Assembly (NCBI GenBank): GCA_963727625.1
Contig: CAVSHR010000004.1
Span: 1,504,001-1,568,000 of the forward strand
Direction of reading: 5' to 3'
DNA length: 64,000 nt
Source: an uncultured delta proteobacterium
GTDB lineage: Bacteria; Desulfobacterota; Binatia; UBA9968
The position numbers and the translations under genes are program-made. Numbering within the stretch: position 1 is the first letter of the stretch; every line of letters starts with the position of its first letter. The notes under the pieces are model-generated. The model did not search any database and was not told where the DNA came from. It saw nothing but the letters and a program-made list of their open reading frames with translations. Shown here piece by piece: positions 34,301 to 44,852 of the stretch.

Positions 34301-34756
34301 TCCGCGTTCATGTTCCTGGAATCGCTGCCGCTCACACCCAACGGTAAAGTGGACCGAAAGGCCCTGCCCGCCCCTGATCAAAGCAGACCGGAGCTGGAGC
34401 ACAGCTACACCGCCCCGCGCACGCCGGTAGAGGCGTTGCTGGCAAACATCTGGGCCGAAGTCCTCAAGCTCGACAAAATAGGCATCCACGACAACTTCTT
34501 TCAACTGGGAGGGCATTCTCTCATGGCCACCCAGGTGGTCTCCCGCGTGCGTCAAGCGTTCCAGGTCGAGCTGCCGGTGCGTGCTCTGTTCGAGGCGCCG
34601 ACGGTAGCGGAGTTGGCTTTGAGGATCGAGCCGAGTGCACTCCGGGGCGGCGATCTTGAGGAGCTTGCCCGCAATCTGGCGGAGGTGGAATCCCTGTCGG
34701 AAGAAGAAATAGGCCGCATGCTGCCCGAAGAACTGAATGGCGAGAAAAGCAAATAG
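31349..34756 (+). CDS. Monomodular NRPS C-A-T (Pro/pipecolate-like code DVQFIAQVVK)
   Basis: Head LSPAKRALLEERL, HHVATDG, FDVS, NQYGPTE, GGHSL, tail LAEVESLSEEE. Confidence 0.92.
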   Translation: MSTGLQNELSKRMAALSPAKRALLEERLNKKSPDTSVTEAIPRRPSRESASLSFAQERLWFLNQFDPESSAYNEPRVIRLSGSLDVKALDKALNHIVARHEVLRTTIVVVDGSPMQRIAERRTIDLPVIDLRIHSVQDRDAEARRLIDETIRHPFNLSTDLMLRPLLLQLGDQEHILVLVKHHVATDGWSSGLFWREVATLYRAFRTGQPANLPELPIQYADYAEWQRELLQGEVLETQISYWKQQLAGVSDLQLPTDRPRPAVQSYRGARQSISFSRELTDTLISLSRKENATLYMVLLAAFQTLLSRYSGQMTIAVGSPIANRTRPEIETLIGFFANTLVLRGDLSDNPTFKEFLVRMKNVALDAYAHQDLPFEKLVAELRPERNLSNSPLFQVMFVFQNAPREALTLPGLTMSNVEPGKTTAKFDLLLSLREDTAGLRGSLEYSTDLFDESTIIRMLRHFRTLLEGIVADPNRRTGELPLLAEADRHQLLLEWNDTRRNFLQSKSIVAMFEKQVEREPDALAVIFENSTLTYRELNQRANQLAHYLIRRGVQAETPVAICLERSVELVVGLLAILKAGGVYLPLEPSYPQERLTFTLQDSQAPLVISTQSMSSRFSCDGVESIFLDIAQGDIAREGRSNPGLSIAPDSPAYVLYTSGSTGRPKGVVMGHGALRNLISWQLENFSAPAAARTLQFASPGFDVSIQEMFSTWCGGGSLVLIDDELRKDALGLLQYLDEQSVERLFLPFVALQQLADAGAQMLRAPKSLREIITAGEQLRLSEELRAFLNRLGDCCLRNQYGPTESHVVTEFTLKSPFDHFSELPPIGRPIANTQVYIVDSHLNPVPVGVTGELHICGEGLARGYLNRPELTAEKFIPNPFSTEPGARLYKTGDLARYLPDGNIEFLSRIDQQVKIRGYRIELGEIEAVLGQHPSVREVAVLAREDSPGDKRLVAYVVSASSSSSLASELRTFLQQKFPEYMVPSAFMFLESLPLTPNGKVDRKALPAPDQSRPELEHSYTAPRTPVEALLANIWAEVLKLDKIGIHDNFFQLGGHSLMATQVVSRVRQAFQVELPVRALFEAPTVAELALRIEPSALRGGDLEELARNLAEVESLSEEEIGRMLPEELNGEKSK

Positions 34757-34772
34757 ATAGAAGGAGAAGCGT

Positions 34773-34991
34773 ATGGACGAGAAGGAAGACAATACTATTT
34801 ACAGAGTCGTTGTGAATCACGAAGAGCAGTACTCGATCTGGCCGGCAGAGCGGGAAAATCCGCTGGGATGGAAGGATGCCGGCAAGAGCGGTCCGAAACA
34901 GGAGTGCCTGGCCTATATCAAGGAAGTCTGGACGGATATGAGACCGCTGAGTTTGAGAAAGAAGATGGAGGCGCAAGGACGGAAAGCTTAG
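34773..34991 (+). CDS. MbtH-like protein
   Basis: [13 protein letters not shown]...P.GW...[17 protein letters not shown]. Confidence 0.95.
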   Translation: MDEKEDNTIYRVVVNHEEQYSIWPAERENPLGWKDAGKSGPKQECLAYIKEVWTDMRPLSLRKKMEAQGRKA

Positions 34992-35052
34992 CCAATGCAG
35001 CGCGGCTGTCTTTCACCATTGACTACAGGAGAGGTCGGAATCGGACCCGGAC

Positions 35053-38000
35053 ATGAGACATAACGCGACACTAAGCACCAATCTTCCGCCCGAGCAGCAG
35101 GCGATCCGGGACAAGTGTTTTCATCCGTCGGGAACCTTCGTCGAGTTTCCGATGGAGGATGTCGAGACTTCGATCCCTGCCCGGTTCGAAAAAATCGTGC
35201 GGTTATACCCTCAGCGAGTCGCAATCAAAGATAATAAGTCGGTAATCACGTACGCTCAGTTGAACCGGATGGCAAACCAAGTGGCGCACGGATTGCTCGG
35301 TGTGCGCGGCAGCAACATGGAGCCAGTGGGCTTGCTCCTTGGGAACGCAGTTGCATTCATCGCATCGATCCTCGGAGTTCTCAAGGCGGGCAAATTCTTT
35401 ATACCGCTGGATCCTTTGGTTTCGTTGGCACGAAATGGTGCGTGCTTGGAAGATGCCCACGCGCGGTTGTTACTGGCTGACAAAGAAAATATCGGCGCAG
35501 CAAAGCAGCTTGCACTGAATGGTCCTCGGTTGGTTGAATTCGAGACTTTTGAAAAAGAGGCTTCAACGCAGCCGGTTCTGAAATCACCGTCGCCGCTGAT
35601 GCTGGCTTATATCGCATACACCTCAGGTTCGACCGGTGAACCCAAGGGCGTGATGGTCGATCATCGTTACTTACTCCACGATGTGAGGCTGCGAACAAAT
35701 GCTTATCACATATCGCATCATGACCGATTGAGCCTCATAGCGGCAGGCAGCGTTCATGCCCTGAATAATATTTTCTTTGCATTGCTCAATGGTGCAAATC
35801 TGCTTCCTTTCAATGTTCGCCGGGAAGGCGTGCTGCGGTTTGCAGGATGGTTGTTACGAGAACAAATTACGATTTGCCGAATTACCATACAGCTATTCCG
35901 GGAGTTGTGCAGCGCGCTCATCGGTAGAGAAAAGTTTCAAGACCTCCGTCTAATACAATTCGCGGGTGACAGCCGATTTCCCTCTGATGTGGAAAAATGG
36001 GGGAAATGTTTTCCATCTAGTTGCCTGCTCGCAAACGGTATCTCGTCGAGTGAAACGGGGTACCTGACGGATTTTCTAGTCGACCATGCGACGAAACTTG
36101 AGTCAGAAATGATGCCAGCAGGATACACGGTAGAAAACAAAGAACTTTTGTTGCTGGACGATAATGGTGAGCCAGTGGGTTTCAACCAAGTAGGTGAAAT
36201 CGTTGTGAAAAGTGCCTTTATTTCACCTGGCTATTGGCGAAGGCCGGAGCTTAACCGGACAAATTTCAGGCCAAGTTCAAGCGACGACGATAGCCGAATG
36301 TTTTTTACGGGTGACCTCGCGCTTCGGATGCCTGATGGTTGTATCGTTTATAAAGGGCGGAAAGATTTTCGAGTAAAAATTCGGGGTTATAACATCGAAC
36401 CTACACATATTGAAAACGCATTGCGTCAGCACCAATGCATTAAGCACGCCGGGGTGCTTGCCTGTGGGGGCAACGAGCATGATCCCTATTTGGCCGCGTA
36501 CGTTGTGCCTAAGGGAGAAGCACCCAGCGCAGATGAATTGCGTATCTTCCTGAATGAGCTACTGCCCCATTACATGATACCATCGGCGTTTGTGTTTTTG
36601 GAGTCGCTGCCGCTCACTAACGGAAAAATCGATCGCAATGCTTTGCCTGAACCGGACGATAAACGCCCAAAACTACGCATACCATACGCTGAGGCGACAA
36701 ATGAAACTGAAAAGACTCTAGTGGGACTTTGGGAAGATGCGATGGAGGTTCGTCCCATAGGGATCTACGACGATTTTTTCGATTTGGGGGGGCATTCACT
36801 GACCGCTTCACGGGTGATTTCGGCAGTACAGGCGGCCTTTGGGGTCGAGCTATCGATGAAGGATTTGCTTGGGGCGCCGACGGTGGCGGGATTAGCCGAG
36901 CTAATCAGACTGATTCAATCAAGTGTGACTAAAGAACCTGAGTTGGAGAACTATTTGCGGCCGCTAATTAAAGCGGCAAATCGAGATGCGGAAATTCCGC
37001 TTTCATACGCCGAAGAGGGCTTATGGTTGATCGAGCAAATCAGCCCGGGACAAAGCGGTTGGAATATGCAATCGCAACTGCGCTTGCGCGGAGCGCTTAA
37101 CGTCGAGGCCCTTGAGCGCAGTTTTAACGCACTGATCGAGCGCCACGAGACACTGCGAACGGCCTATCGCTTGGTCGACGGGGAACCGCGGCGAGCGATC
37201 TTGCCCACCTTAGCGGTGGAGGTTCCCATCGTTCGACTAGACTCATCGGTGGATGCAAAAACCGAAATTGATCGCCTTAGCGTGGCAGAGAGAACTCAGC
37301 TTTTCGATTTAACCGAGGCGCCGTTGTTCCGTGCGCGACTCCTGCGCGTCGGTGAACAAGATCATGTACTGATTGTTACGGCGCACCACATCATTACGGA
37401 TGCCTGGTCCAACAATGTGTTCAGCCGGGAGCTTTTTGCCCTCTACGAGGCTTATTCGAATGGGGAGCCTTCTCCGTTGGCGGTCTTGCCGGTGCAGTAT
37501 TCGGACTATGCGGTCTGGGTGCGTCAGGCCAAGCAAGACGCTGACGCCAAGAACCTCGCCTATTGGCGAGAGCGATTGAATGGCTACGTGGTCACAGAAC
37601 TTCCCTCGGACAAGCTCCGCCAACTAAAGCGGAGCTATGATGGCGGACACGCCCGCATTCAACTCTCCCAAGATTGCTCGCGGGCTCTGCGAGAATTGTG
37701 CAAAACGGAGCATGCGACAATTTTCATGCTGTTGGTGGCGGCATTCAAAATATTGCTCAGCCGTCATAGCGGAAGCATGGATGTCATTGTCGGTTCGACC
37801 CTGGCGGGTCGCAGGCGCGCTGAATTGGATAATTTGATCGGGGTTTTTATCAACATCCTGACGCTACGTACGGATTTATCGGGCCGGCCCACGTTCCGTG
37901 AGGTTTTACGCCGGGTCCGAAATACGTGCCTGGAAGCGTACGAGCATCAGGATATGCCGTTCGAAAAGCTGGTCGAGGAGCTCAATCCGGGTCGAGGCCT

Positions 38001-41000
38001 GAGCCGCAATCCTTTCTTTCAGGTCTTGTTCAATGTGGCTAACTTGCCACCGATTCCAGTAGAAGCAGCGGGTTTATCGATCGAGCGGCTGTCGCGGCCG
38101 GAAGACGCCGCAAGATTTGATCTAACCCTCTATGCTCCACAAACGCGCGATAACTTAGAAATCCGCGTGGCGTACAATCACAATCTCTTCTCGCAGGACT
38201 ACATCACCGAGGTTCTAGAGCAGTACAAACACCTCTTGGAACAGATTGTAGAGAACCCCGATCAGCCTATTGATCAATACTCCTTGATCACTCCGATGGC
38301 CAAAGGGCTGTTGCCCGATCCAACGGCAAAATTAGATGACACTTGGTACGGCTCTGTCCACGAGCTTTTTACACGCAATGCTCGCGAAAGACCTGAAAAA
38401 ATCGCGGTCGCCGATTCGCTCGGGAGCTGGAGTTTTACCGAGCTGCACGACCGTAGCAACCAGCTGGCCAACTGCCTGTTGGCGAACAACGTGCACCGAG
38501 AGGACATTGTCGCTGTGTACGGGCAGCGCAGCGCAACCTTGGTTTGCGCCTTGTTGGGCGTTCTCAAAGCGGGCGCCGCGTTCTGTGTCATCGATCCTAG
38601 CCATCCTCCGCTTAGAGTCAAGGAATATTTGAGCGCCATCAAGCCCAGAGCATCGATTGAAATAGTGACGACGCCTACGGCGAATCCGGAGACGGATCAA
38701 GTATTAAACGATGCCGGGTTGGATTGTCGGGTCAGGCTACAAGCCACGGCGGGCAATGAACCTTGGCCTTTCCTAACTTCGCATCCAACAGACGACCCCC
38801 CTGTTGGCGTTTCCGCCGATGATCTTGCCTATGTCATTTTCACATCGGGCTCGACTGGCAAACCAAAAGGAGTCATGGGAAGGCACGGGCCGCTGACGCA
38901 TTTTCTCCCCTGGCTGACGGAGAGCTTCGGCATTTCGGAGAACGACCGGTTTAGTTTTCTGTCATCGGTATCAACCAACAAATTGCAGCGGGAGATCTTC
39001 ACCGCTCTCTCTGTGGGAGGAAGCCTCTATATCCCCAGCGATGACGACATCGGCAGCTTTGGAAAGCTGGATCAATGGCTGAGAGTCAACGAAATCAGCG
39101 TCGTTCACCTGACGCCGGCGATGATGCAGTTACTCGATGAGACGGCGCGCGAGCCGATCCCTTCGGTCCAGAGCGTCTTTTTCGGCGGGGATCTGCTGAG
39201 AATGCGCGATGTCAACCGGGCTAGAAAACTGATGCCCGAGGCAAAGATCGTCAATTTTTATAACTCATCGGAGACTCAACGGGGCGGCGGGCACTTTGTT
39301 TTTTCCGAACACGGCCTCAACGGCGAAAAGGACACTCCCCCGCTCGGCAAAGGAGTAAAGGATGTCCAACTTCTAATATTGAATTCGATCGGCAAACTTG
39401 CCGGCGTCGGCGAGCTTGGCGAGATTTGCGTTCGGAGCCCTCATTTAGCGCGCGGCTATCTAGACGATGACCAGCTCACAAAAGAGCGATTCATAACGAA
39501 TCCGTTCACGGGCATCGCCGAGGATCGGATTTACCGCACCGGGGAACAAGGTCGGTACTTGGCGACCGGCGATGTGGAGTTTGTTGCCCGCAGACAAAAT
39601 CAATTCAGCATTAGAGGTTTCCGCGTCGAGCTTAGCGAAATCGAGTCAGCGCTGAGCGATCATCCGGGAATCGACCAAGCCGTTGTCGAGGGACGCGAGA
39701 GTCCTACGGAAACGCTGGTGGCATATTTCAGCGTAAAGAAGGAACAGGCGGTCACTGCGCCCGAGCTTCGGAACTTTCTCAGAGCAAAGCTTCCACGCCA
39801 CATGATCCCTGCGCATTTTGCTCCGGTGGAGTCACTTCCATTGACAGCCACCGGAAAAGTCGACCGCGTCGCTTTGGCCACTAAAATAGATTTCCATCCG
39901 GAATCAAATAACGAATACGTCGCTCCCCGCAACGATCTGGAGCGCTCTCTGTGCAGCTTATGGTCCGAGGTGCTCGGCGTCGAGCGTGTTGGCATCGACG
40001 ATGATTTCTTCGACTTGGGGGGGCATTCCCTTTTGGCGGCCAAATTATTTCGACGGCTCGACGAAGAATTGGGTTGGCATCTGCCCCTCAGCTCGCTCTT
40101 TGCTGCCCCGACGGTGCGCTTGCTCACCGAGCGCTACGAGAGTCTGAAGAGAAAGCACGATCACAGGGCGCTTGTCGCGCTTCGTCCGAGCGGCTCACTG
40201 CCGCCGGTGTTTGCCGTGCCTGGGGTTTTCGGGAATGTGGTGGGCTACGCCGAGCTATCGCGCGCGCTTGGACCGGATCAACCGTTTTACGGACTTCAAT
40301 CAGTAGGCCTTGACGGAAGAGATGCGCCCCTCGATACGATTGAGGCTATGGCCGGGCTCTACGTCGAGGAAATTCGCTTGGTAAGGCCCCATGGGCCCTA
40401 CGCCATTCTGGGTGCTTGTTTCGGCGCTACCGTAGCTTACGAGATTGCGAGGCAATTGCTCGATCAGGGCGAAGACGATAGCTTTTCTGGGGTTATTGGA
40501 TCCGATGCGGCGCGAGCGCTATGGGAGTCGAAAACGAAGCTTTGAACCCAGGATGATAAGACGCACAAAAGTGGTCGCGCGGCTTTTGAGCGAACGGCTG
40601 CGGCTCTATGCCGAAAGAAGCGCAGGGCTTCAATAAATGGAGCGAACGGATAAAGTTCGTCTCTGAGAAAATCCGTTCGTTGGTCGCCAAGGCCGGCAGT
40701 GCTAATCAGATCAAAGGTCTGCAGCGCGAGCTCTATCAACTCGAGGTGTATCGGGCCAACGGGCGAGCTTTACGGAGTTATCGGCGCAGACCCTTGCGGG
40801 GAAAATTGCAGGACTTTCGAGATCTTCGAATCAGCGCACCGGCGCAACCGAACAGCAGCAGCTTTCGAAATCGCAACTCTGTGGGACGGCAGCATCGTCC
40901 GACATACCGTCTCGGGCAAAGACTCCGGCGACATGCTGAGCTCCCAAAATGCACAGCCCTTGGCGCGCTTCTCCGGCAGCGACTGCGAAAAGCTTTCGAG

Positions 41001-41055
41001 GATTCATCGGACGGGGCCGGCGGTGAGACTCGAAATCCTTCGAAAACGAACATGA
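35053..41055 (+). CDS. NRPS A-T-C-A-T-TE (TE tail frameshifted from ~40478)
   Basis: LPPEQQ head, two A domains, two GGHSL T domains, HHIITDA, TE with GACFG. TE continues in ORFs 40445, 40608 and 40699. Confidence 0.85.
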
Positions 41056-41193
41056 GTGATTCGCTCCGACCGGCCTCTACGTTGCCGCCCGAACAGCAGG
41101 CGATCCGATCTTGAGGAGTTTGATCGTAGTCTGGCCGAGGTAGAGTTGCTGTCAGAGGAAGATATAAAATACCAACTCAATAAGACGCCTTAA
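41052..41193 (+). pseudogene. Empty NRPS relic: head peptide fused out of frame to tail peptide
   Basis: MSDSLRPASTLPPEQQAIR followed directly by DLEEFDRSLAEVELLSEEDIKYQL*. Confidence 0.75.
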
Positions 41194-41217
41194 ACGGCAA
41201 GAGAAGAGGAATAGCGT

Positions 41218-41412
41218 ATGGACGAAGAGGAAGACAATACGATTTATAAGGTCGTTGTGAATCACGAGGAGCAGTACTCGATCTGGCCGGCAGAGCGGGA
41301 CAACCCGCTGGGATGGAAGGATGCCGGCAAGAGCGGTCCCAGAAGCGGATTGCCTGGCCTATATCAGGGAAGTCTGGACCGAAATGAGGCCACTATTATC
41401 TTTTCAGCTTAA
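41218..41412 (+). pseudogene. Second MbtH-like protein, frameshifted near 41340
   Basis: N-terminus nearly identical to 34773; C-terminal '[15 protein letters not shown]' is in a shifted frame. Confidence 0.8.
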
Positions 41413-41459
41413 AGCCAGCACATTGAGAACATTTTGCTCTAAGGGATAAACGCGAAGAA

Positions 41460-44400
41460 ATGGATAACGATTCATTTAAGACACCGGAGACTAAGGACCA
41501 TCTCGCCGGTCGTATCGCCGGTCTCTCCCTGGAAAAGCGCGCGCTTCTCGAGCTGAGACTGAAGAATAATCTCGCTCGCGCCTCCGCTGAACTGATCATA
41601 CAGCGTGTGGCACTACGCGAGTCAGTCCCACTTTCTTTTTCCCAGCAGCGGCTGTGGTTTTTGGATCAGTACGAGCCGAACAGCTCGGTTTACAATGTTC
41701 CGAGCGCCCAGCGGCTTCGAGGGCCACTCGATATCGGCGCGCTAGAGCACAGTCTCGGTGAGATCGTAGGGCGCCATGAAGCGCTCAGAACGACATTCTC
41801 AGTGGTCGAGGGAGAACCGGTTCAGGTGATCGCGCCCGCAGCGAGTATTTCGCTGCCCGTATCGGATCTCAGTCATTTTGCGAACAGCGAGCGTGAGGAA
41901 GAGGCCCGACGGCTTGCCACGGCAGAAGCTCGGCGGCCCTTTGATCTCAGTCAAGGCCCGCTGTTTCGGGCCACTCTCATCCGGCTGGATGAAGACGATC
42001 ACCTATTACTGTTGACGATGCATCATATTGTCTCTGACGGCTGGTCGATGGGAGTGCTTCACCGCGAGCTGTCGGTCCTCTACCAGGCTTTTTCCCAGGG
42101 GCAGCCCTCTCCCCTTGCCGACTTGCCGATCCAGTACGCCGACTATGCGGTATGGCAGCGGGAGTGGCTCAAGAAAGACGAGTTAGACAGGCAGTTATCG
42201 TACTGGAAAAAGCAGCTGGAGGGGGTCCCGGCAGTGCTCAATCTTCCCACCGATCGGCCCCGTCCGGCGGTGCAGAGCCACCGGGGAGCACGGCAGTCGA
42301 TTACCTTGTCTAAGGAGCTCTCCGAGAAGCTCAAGGGATTAAGTCGCACGCAGGGAGTCACGCTGTTCATGACTCTTCTGGCGGCTTTTCAGACCCTGCT
42401 TTATCGCTACACGGGGCAGGAAGACATTGTGGTGGGCTCGCCGATCGCCAATCGGACTCGGACCGAAATCGAGGGTTTGATCGGCTTCTTTGTCAATACC
42501 TTGGTGCTGCGGTCAAACTTCTCTAGCAACCCAACATTCAAAGAGCTCTTAGCCCAAGTTAGAGAGACGGCCCTGGGAGCTTATGCGCACCAAGACCTGC
42601 CGTTTGAAAAACTCGTCGAAGAACTCAAACCGGAACGCACCCCCAGCCACTCGCCGCTGTTTCAAGTTCTTTTCAATATGGCCGGCCAGGGGGACTTCAA
42701 TCTTGATTTGCCTGGACTCACGACCGAGCGGTTGTCATTTTCCGACGCAGAGTCAAAGTTCGATCTTACTTCGTATGTCGGAGAACAGAAGGATGAAATC
42801 AGCGTCAACCTCGTTTACAGAGTCGACCTGTTTAGCGAGTCCTGGATAACATGTTTTTTACAGCAATACCGGTATTTGCTCGAGCAGCTCGTGAGCACCC
42901 CGGAAAAGTCGATCCGATCGTATTCGCTCGTCACTCCGGAATCGCGCGTTCTGTTGCCCGATCCGAGCGCTGTTCTCACTGAGCCGCCGCAAAAGTTGGT
43001 AACCGACAAGTTCTTGTCATGGGCTAGACAAACGCCGGTGCAGCCCGCGGTTAGTCAAGGCCAGCAAACGTTGACGTATGAGCAATTGGCTGAGCATGCC
43101 GATTCGATTGCCCGAGCGTTAATGGCAACCGGGTTGGAGCCGGGAGATGTCGTCGCCGTTCATGGTCGTCGAAGCTTTGGTTTGGTCGCCGCTATGATCG
43201 GCACCTTCTTGAGTGGCGGAGTACTTCTGCTTATTGACCCCAACCTACCAAAGCGGCGCAAACAGCTCATGCTTAAAGAAGCCAGAGCGCGGAAATTTTT
43301 ATCCATAGGAGACCAGGATGAAAATACGGGGGTGAATGCAGACTACGCGATCGACGTTCTATCGGTCGATCCAGCGACTGGACATGTTCTGGGTTTAAAA
43401 AACGCTGTGGATCTGAATACGATTTCGTCGCCAAAAGTTTCGCCTAATGATCCCGCCTATATTTTTTTCACCTCGGGGACGACCGGGATTCCCAAGCCCG
43501 TGTTGGGTTGCCATAAAAGTTTAAGCCATTTCCTTGGGTGGCAGCGCGAGACTTTCGCCATTGGACCAAACGATCGGGTAGCGCAACTCACCAATCTTTC
43601 CTTTGACGCGGTCTTGCGGGATATTTTCCTGCCTTTGACAAGCGGCGCCACGCTTTGTCTGCCGGAACTCAATGACGACGCTGGCTCCGCCGATCCAATT
43701 TGTTGGTTGGAACGTGAACGCATCTCCGTTCTACACACCGTTCCTTCGTTGGCCGATTCTTGGTTAGCGTCTGAGGTGCAGCCATTCTACCTGCCTCATT
43801 TGCGCTGGCTGTTTTTTGTCGGCGAGCCGCTCACCGATACGCTGGTGCGACAATGGCGCGTTACCGTTAAGAATGCTGGAGAGATAGTCAATCTCTACGG
43901 ACCCACGGAAACCACCTTGGTAAAATGTTTTTACCGAGTGCCAGCCGACCCGCGACCGGGCGTTCAACCGGTGGGCTCGCCGATCTCCGGCGCTCAGGCG
44001 CTAGTCTTAGGACACGACAACCAGTTGTGTGGGGTCCACGAGCCCGGCGAGATCGTTCTTCGAACTCCTTTTCGCAGTTTGGGCTATCTGAATGCGTCCG
44101 ATGAGAGCCGGAAGCGATTTATCAAAAATCCATTTCGTGACGATGCCGAGGACTTGATTTACTTCACCGGCGACGCAGGTCGCTACCGTGCCGATGGGAC
44201 GCTTGAGATCCTAGGGCGACTCGATGATCAGGTTAAGATTCGCGGCGTGCGCATCGAACCGGCTGAAGTCACGGCGATACTCTCCCAAAATCCTCTAGTA
44301 GCCTCCTGCATCGTGGTTGGCAAGAAAAACGAAGGCGGTGAAACTCGCTTGGTCGCTTACGTGGCGGCCTCGAAACAAGGGCAGACATCAGGTGCACAGC

Positions 44401-44852
44401 TAGCCTCCTATTTACTTGAGCGGCTACCCGCTGCCATGATGCCATCGGCGTTTGTATTTTTGGATGCTCTGCCCCTTTCACCCAACGGTAAGGTCAATCG
44501 CGAAGCACTTCCCGAACCGAGTCACAATCGATCTGAAGCATGCGAGGCTTTCGTGGCACCGCGCACCGAACTTGAGCAGATTGTCGCGGGTATTTGGGCA
44601 GAGGTTCTCAAACTGGAGAGAATCGGCGTCCACGACAGTTTTTTCGAGCTGGGTGGGCATTCACTACTTGCGACCCAGATTGTTTCAAGACTTCGCGTAG
44701 CGCTGCACGTGGAGTTATCTTTGCGGGCTCTATTTGAAAAACCGACCGTCGAGCGTTTATCTGACCACATCGAGGGGCTTCGGTGCGCCGGAACAGCAAA
44801 TCAGCCGACGTCCATAGATGCTTTCGGTGAGAAAGAAGAGATATTGCTATGA
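41460..44852 (+). CDS. Monomodular NRPS C-A-T (acidic-residue-type code DARHFVLLVK), C-terminal EKEEILL docking motif
   Basis: Head LSLEKRALLELRL, HHIVSDG, SFDAVLRDIF, GGHSL. Confidence 0.92.
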   Translation: MDNDSFKTPETKDHLAGRIAGLSLEKRALLELRLKNNLARASAELIIQRVALRESVPLSFSQQRLWFLDQYEPNSSVYNVPSAQRLRGPLDIGALEHSLGEIVGRHEALRTTFSVVEGEPVQVIAPAASISLPVSDLSHFANSEREEEARRLATAEARRPFDLSQGPLFRATLIRLDEDDHLLLLTMHHIVSDGWSMGVLHRELSVLYQAFSQGQPSPLADLPIQYADYAVWQREWLKKDELDRQLSYWKKQLEGVPAVLNLPTDRPRPAVQSHRGARQSITLSKELSEKLKGLSRTQGVTLFMTLLAAFQTLLYRYTGQEDIVVGSPIANRTRTEIEGLIGFFVNTLVLRSNFSSNPTFKELLAQVRETALGAYAHQDLPFEKLVEELKPERTPSHSPLFQVLFNMAGQGDFNLDLPGLTTERLSFSDAESKFDLTSYVGEQKDEISVNLVYRVDLFSESWITCFLQQYRYLLEQLVSTPEKSIRSYSLVTPESRVLLPDPSAVLTEPPQKLVTDKFLSWARQTPVQPAVSQGQQTLTYEQLAEHADSIARALMATGLEPGDVVAVHGRRSFGLVAAMIGTFLSGGVLLLIDPNLPKRRKQLMLKEARARKFLSIGDQDENTGVNADYAIDVLSVDPATGHVLGLKNAVDLNTISSPKVSPNDPAYIFFTSGTTGIPKPVLGCHKSLSHFLGWQRETFAIGPNDRVAQLTNLSFDAVLRDIFLPLTSGATLCLPELNDDAGSADPICWLERERISVLHTVPSLADSWLASEVQPFYLPHLRWLFFVGEPLTDTLVRQWRVTVKNAGEIVNLYGPTETTLVKCFYRVPADPRPGVQPVGSPISGAQALVLGHDNQLCGVHEPGEIVLRTPFRSLGYLNASDESRKRFIKNPFRDDAEDLIYFTGDAGRYRADGTLEILGRLDDQVKIRGVRIEPAEVTAILSQNPLVASCIVVGKKNEGGETRLVAYVAASKQGQTSGAQLASYLLERLPAAMMPSAFVFLDALPLSPNGKVNREALPEPSHNRSEACEAFVAPRTELEQIVAGIWAEVLKLERIGVHDSFFELGGHSLLATQIVSRLRVALHVELSLRALFEKPTVERLSDHIEGLRCAGTANQPTSIDAFGEKEEILL
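41643..42667 (+). repeat. 1025-bp C-domain duplication, second copy at 45089-46113
   Basis: Colinear at offset 3446 with roughly 30 differences by eye (~97% identity). Confidence 0.9.

Noticed and set aside
27326-41107. CRISPR array or integron attC sites
   Set aside because: Repeats are coding, kb-spaced and non-palindromic; no cas or integrase genes.
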